Assembly (NCBI RefSeq): GCF_006345805.1
Contig: NC_042997.1
Span: forward strand, 205,840,001 to 205,904,000
Origin: Octopus sinensis
Taxonomy: Eukaryota
Length of the DNA stretch: 64,000 nucleotides
Reading direction: 5' to 3'
This document shows, piece by piece, positions 59,937-64,000 of this stretch. Each line of letters begins with the position of its first letter. Position 1 is the stretch's first letter. Made by a program: the position numbers and the translations under genes. The notes below the pieces were generated by a model, which saw only the letters and a program-made list of their open reading frames with translations, was not told the DNA's origin and ran no database searches.

Positions 59937-62440
59937 CACACACACACACAGACACATACACACACACATGGGAAATTCTGTGTGTAGGTGTGTCTGTTTG
60001 CGGAGTTGTTAGCAAACTCCTCCTACATCTTTTTAACGATTTTGATGAAACTTGACATGTGAGTAGAACTATGTCTGGAAACCTCATGGCATACACAGAT
60101 TGTTGAAAAAAAAAATCGATAATAGGCCCCTGGAAGGGATCCTTATATATAAGTAATATATTTTATTTTAACAGCAAAAGGAAATAACCCATCATTTTCC
60201 GAAACCCTTTGGTATAAATCAAATTGAATATGCTTATTTCTTAGTATTTGAACTATTTTAGTTATTTTCTCAATTTATCCAGTGCAACCCTTAAACAAGT
60301 AAATAGTATTTTCCTAAATAATAAATCCACTTATTTCGGTTAGTGATTTATTCACGAATATACCAACACTAGTACCGCTGAGGGTAATATTCTCTGGGAA
60401 CGCACAAAAGCCCTTTTCAGAGTTATATACTTTGAAGTGTTATTATCTCATACCTCTTATTACGTAACATGTTTCACAATTTTAGTATACATACCGTATT
60501 AGTATTTCTTCCCATGTTCTATATATTCTGGGAATGCAATAAAGTCCCTTTCAGGGCTACTTTATTTGAACTCTTACTATCGGGTTACTAATTATTACAT
60601 AGCTGACTTCACAATTTGGGCATTCGTAACTTATTGGGAATTCCTAAAAACAAGATCCTGTGTAAGACAGTTCGGTATTCTCTGTAAATGCACAAAACCG
60701 TTTTAAGGGCTACATACTTTGTATTGCTGTTACTGGATTAGTGAAACAGTTATGAGAACGGAACCAAGGGATAAGCCTGCTTTCCTGGGAATTACCAGGT
60801 ACGTCAGCTTGTATATACATACATGTATGTGAGTATGTATGTATGTATGGTATGTTTGTGTGTATTTGTATGTATGTATGTATGTGTGTGTGTGTGTGTG
60901 TGCATGTTATGGTCACCAATCATAAGAACGAACTCACCAATTACAATTGTCGGGGTTTGCAATCATATGAGTCGAATAAATGAGTGAAGAAGGACAACAT
61001 TATTTGTTTGTTTGGATGGTCATTATATTTATATGATTATTACGGTGGTGTAAGAATTAACACTTCCTTCTTCAAGCCTAGATTCGAAACCGAATCCAAG
61101 AATTCTCGGTCGTCCAAACCACGACGATCAACAGGCGCAAAAAAAGGTTTTCTTTGTCCTGTCAAAAATTGATTCATCATCTCCCTTTGACCTGCCACCT
61201 CAGCATGTCAGGCTAAGTTCATCTGGATAGGGGTTGACCAATTTAGGTACAAACTCTGCTGCAGTATGTCTGTCTTTCTAGCTGCCAATTTTTATTATAA
61301 ATACGAGGGTGAAACAGAAAGGTAGGCAGACAGACGGGAGCAGACAGACGAGATAGATCTATCTACGACCCAAAGGTTTTTGGCAGACGACAGAGACAGA
61401 GAGAACTGTTCGAAGTGCCGATAGACTGCTGTTTCGAATGAAACACGCACACACACAAACATACTCACTCCTAATATGACTTTCCACGAATGTACTCTGT
61501 ATTTCTAGCAACTCGTAGCAGTTGCCTACATTTTGTATGTAGTGCACCTATAACCAATCAAACCCTGTAAATAAATTCATTTCAATTATGAATCGGTTTA
61601 CGTATTTGTTTACATACACACTTAACCACTACAGTGGTTACAATATAGGATTGTTTGTATACACTGGTCATTAGCCATTATGGTCCATCGTGTATGGTAG
61701 TTATCTTCATCTGTGAGTGACTACTAGAGAAGGACAGGCTAATAGAATAAGGGTAGGTAGAAAGAGTAAGGTTTGTGTTGTCTTGCCTTGAAATTAGAAA
61801 GTTAGAGGCCCTTTCAGTAAACATCCACTGACAAACGAGAAAGAAAACCGACTTGGTTGAGTATATATGTATATAAAGGGAAAGTTTACGAAAATAAACC
61901 AAAGACGAAGGCAGGTGGTGTACAAACAAACAAATGTATTAGTATAGCGCTCAGGAATAGAAAAAGTCTTTTACGTCTCGAGCCTACGCTCTTCTACAGA
62001 AAGGGACACAGAAAAAAAACAAGGAGAGAAAAAATGCGTGTAGTAGCTAACAATCTATCATGGCGTCTTGACTTCGGACAATGGTCAGACGCGAGAGGGA
62101 CAGTAGGGGAGATAACAGGGTCAAGTGACTTCTAATACGTAGGTGCCCCCAACACAAAGGTGCGTGTGTGTATAAGAGAGTATGTATGTGCGTGTGAAAG
62201 AGGTCTGGTGGTCTGGACGTGTGTGTGTATGTATGTGTGGGTGTAAAGATGTGGGGATGGGTGTGTGGGTGGTGTGTTGTGAAGTGATATGTGTATGTAT
62301 GTGTAGGTGTAGAGATGTGGGGATGGGTGTGGGGGGAGGGGTATGGGATAGTGGTGAGGCATGTGGGATAGGGGTGAGGTGTGTGGGGGAAGGGGGTGGA
62401 AGGTGGAGTATATATATATATATATACATATATATTACTC

Positions 62441-63370
62441 CTAACTAAATTATGGGAAACTATATAACGGCTTTTTCCTCAGTATCATGCGTTTGACATA
62501 TGGATGCCTTGAAAAGATCTAAGAAGTCACTATACTTTCATAAATTTCCTAGTGTAACAGGAGAGAATAACAGGTGGGGACTTGTGGGAAAATGGGGATT
62601 CGGTTTCAAATCCTAACTTACAAAGCTGGTAGCTATCTGCTACATATGTATATTATGTGTGTGTGTGTGTGTGCGTGTGTGTGTGTGTGTACACACACAT
62701 ACTGAATTTTTGTGGAAAAAACACGCCAACAAGTGTGTGAGCGTACACAAACTGAAGAAAAACCATGCCAACTAGTGGCCACCATTAGAGAACACCAAGT
62801 ATAGCGAGGAGAGTGTCAAAAATGAAAGTGAAATCTTCTCTAACCTACATTCGACTTCATTTCCTATAAAAAAAACTATCTCCAGCTTTTCTTCTTTTGA
62901 AAAGTTGTTTTTTTTTTTATGTCGTCTGTTTTAGATAATAATAAAACTTTATCACAAAGTTTTCTTGGAAAATAAATTGTGTAAAAGAGGGCAGAGGGGA
63001 AGTGGTTTTTCTCGGAAGATAATGATAAACTTCTATCACAAAGTTTTCTTGGAAAATAAATTGTATAAAAGAGGGCAGAGGGTAAGTGTTTTTTCTGGGA
63101 AAACCATTGATGTCATACAAAGTTGTTGTTAAACCAAACGACAGCTTAAAAACGATTAGATAAAGATTATTCAAGTTTCAGTTTTACTCAGAGTTGTTAC
63201 GAGGTAAGTTTTCGTTTTACATCTCTCCATTGCTTTACAAATATTTCACAAAATCGCTTTCAATGCTTTTCACTACATTATAACTACGTGGATTTGTTGT
63301 TTCTTCTCCGTTTTCAGAATGTGTGTGTGTCTGTGTGTCTGTGTGTGTGCACGCGCGCGAATTTCCAAGT
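62441..63370 (+). promoter_or_regulatory. Promoter / first-exon module, copy C (inverted duplicate of copy A), pointing out of the window
   Basis: IRF-type site 62821-62833; GAS at 62962, 63009, 63046 and 63093; tataaaag 63064; ISRE-like agtttcagtttt ~63174-63185; donor GAG|gtaagt at 63203/63204. Confidence 0.65.
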
Positions 63371-63729
63371 TTTGTAGGTATGTGTGATGTGTGTCATTAT
63401 GTATGTCTGCAAAGCCATCGATATTTTCTCTCTTCAAGCGAATCTACAGCTTCTGAAAGTTATGAAGAAACAAAACCGACGAAGGGGCACATGTGTAGGT
63501 ATGCCATGTTTTTCTGGTCATAAACTGGTGACCGGTAATAAAGTCACAAATAATTTATGTTCCCTCCCCCTAGGATAATCCCCCCAACGGACAAAACCCC
63601 CACCGTTTTCCTGTGACTTTTTTTTCATGTGGATTCCATAAAATTATGTTGAAAGTTTGAACGCGTGTCAAGCTCGAAATGGCAGCCAAATCTCCTCATA
63701 TAGGCCACACCCTAGAAGGACAAGCGAAA

Positions 63730-63905
63730 TACTTAGTGGTATTTCATCTGTCTTTACTTTCTGAGTTCAAATTCCACCAAAGTCTTTGCCTTTCATCCTT
63801 TCGGGGTCGATAAATTAAGTACCAGTTGCATCCTGGGATTGATCTAATAGACTGGCCTCCCCACAAAAAGTTTCGGGCCTTGTGCCTAGAGTGGAAAAGA
63901 ATATT
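63730..63905 (+). mobile_element. tRNA-derived SINE
   Basis: ttctgagttcaaattccacc..ggggtcgataaattaagtaccagttg..ggccttgtgcc. Confidence 0.78.
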
Positions 63906-64000
63906 GAAGACGATGGAGTTTTGTGGCAAATGACCGCCGCCCCAGTAGAATGAAAATATAGCAAATCCGGGCTAGGTTTGAAACAGGAGTTGTAGTGAGA

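Noticed and set aside
47931-62440. Coding exons of a plus-strand paralog downstream of promoter copy B
   Set aside because: No RRM-like or other host-gene exon was found; everything recognisable is transposon-derived.

Overview
Eukaryotic, repeat-dense DNA, most likely octopus/cephalopod (inferred from the SINE families and microsatellite load). There is no prokaryotic operon, rRNA operon or CRISPR array. One host gene is visible on the minus strand: four spliced coding exons (23032-23212, 9269-9505, 5371-5604, 313 to the window start) join in frame into an N-terminal triple-RRM region typical of PARP14/PARP10-like proteins. Its putative non-coding first exon and promoter (about 42.7-43.7 kb, minus) belong to a module present three times in the window: one minus copy and two plus copies at about 46.5-48.0 kb and 62.4-63.4 kb. 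The module carries an invariant IRF-type site, an ISRE-like site, a TATA-like box, a GTAAGT donor and a variable number (6, 1, 4) of STAT/GAS TTCNNNGAA motifs from an ~82-bp tandem unit. This suggests a duplicated, divergently arranged interferon-like (STAT/IRF) promoter set. The introns and intergenic DNA hold mostly defective mobile elements: RTE, CR1/L2-like, R4/Dong-like, Tx1-like, Penelope-like, an R2-like element outside rDNA, Merlin plus a foldback MITE, hAT, Helitron fragments, solo-LTR-like elements and tRNA-derived SINEs. There are three minisatellites (115, 58 and 69 bp). The 69-bp array (~64 copies) encodes 23-aa STPR-like repeats that read into a Helitron N-terminal region. All family assignments come from recalled motifs; no search was run.
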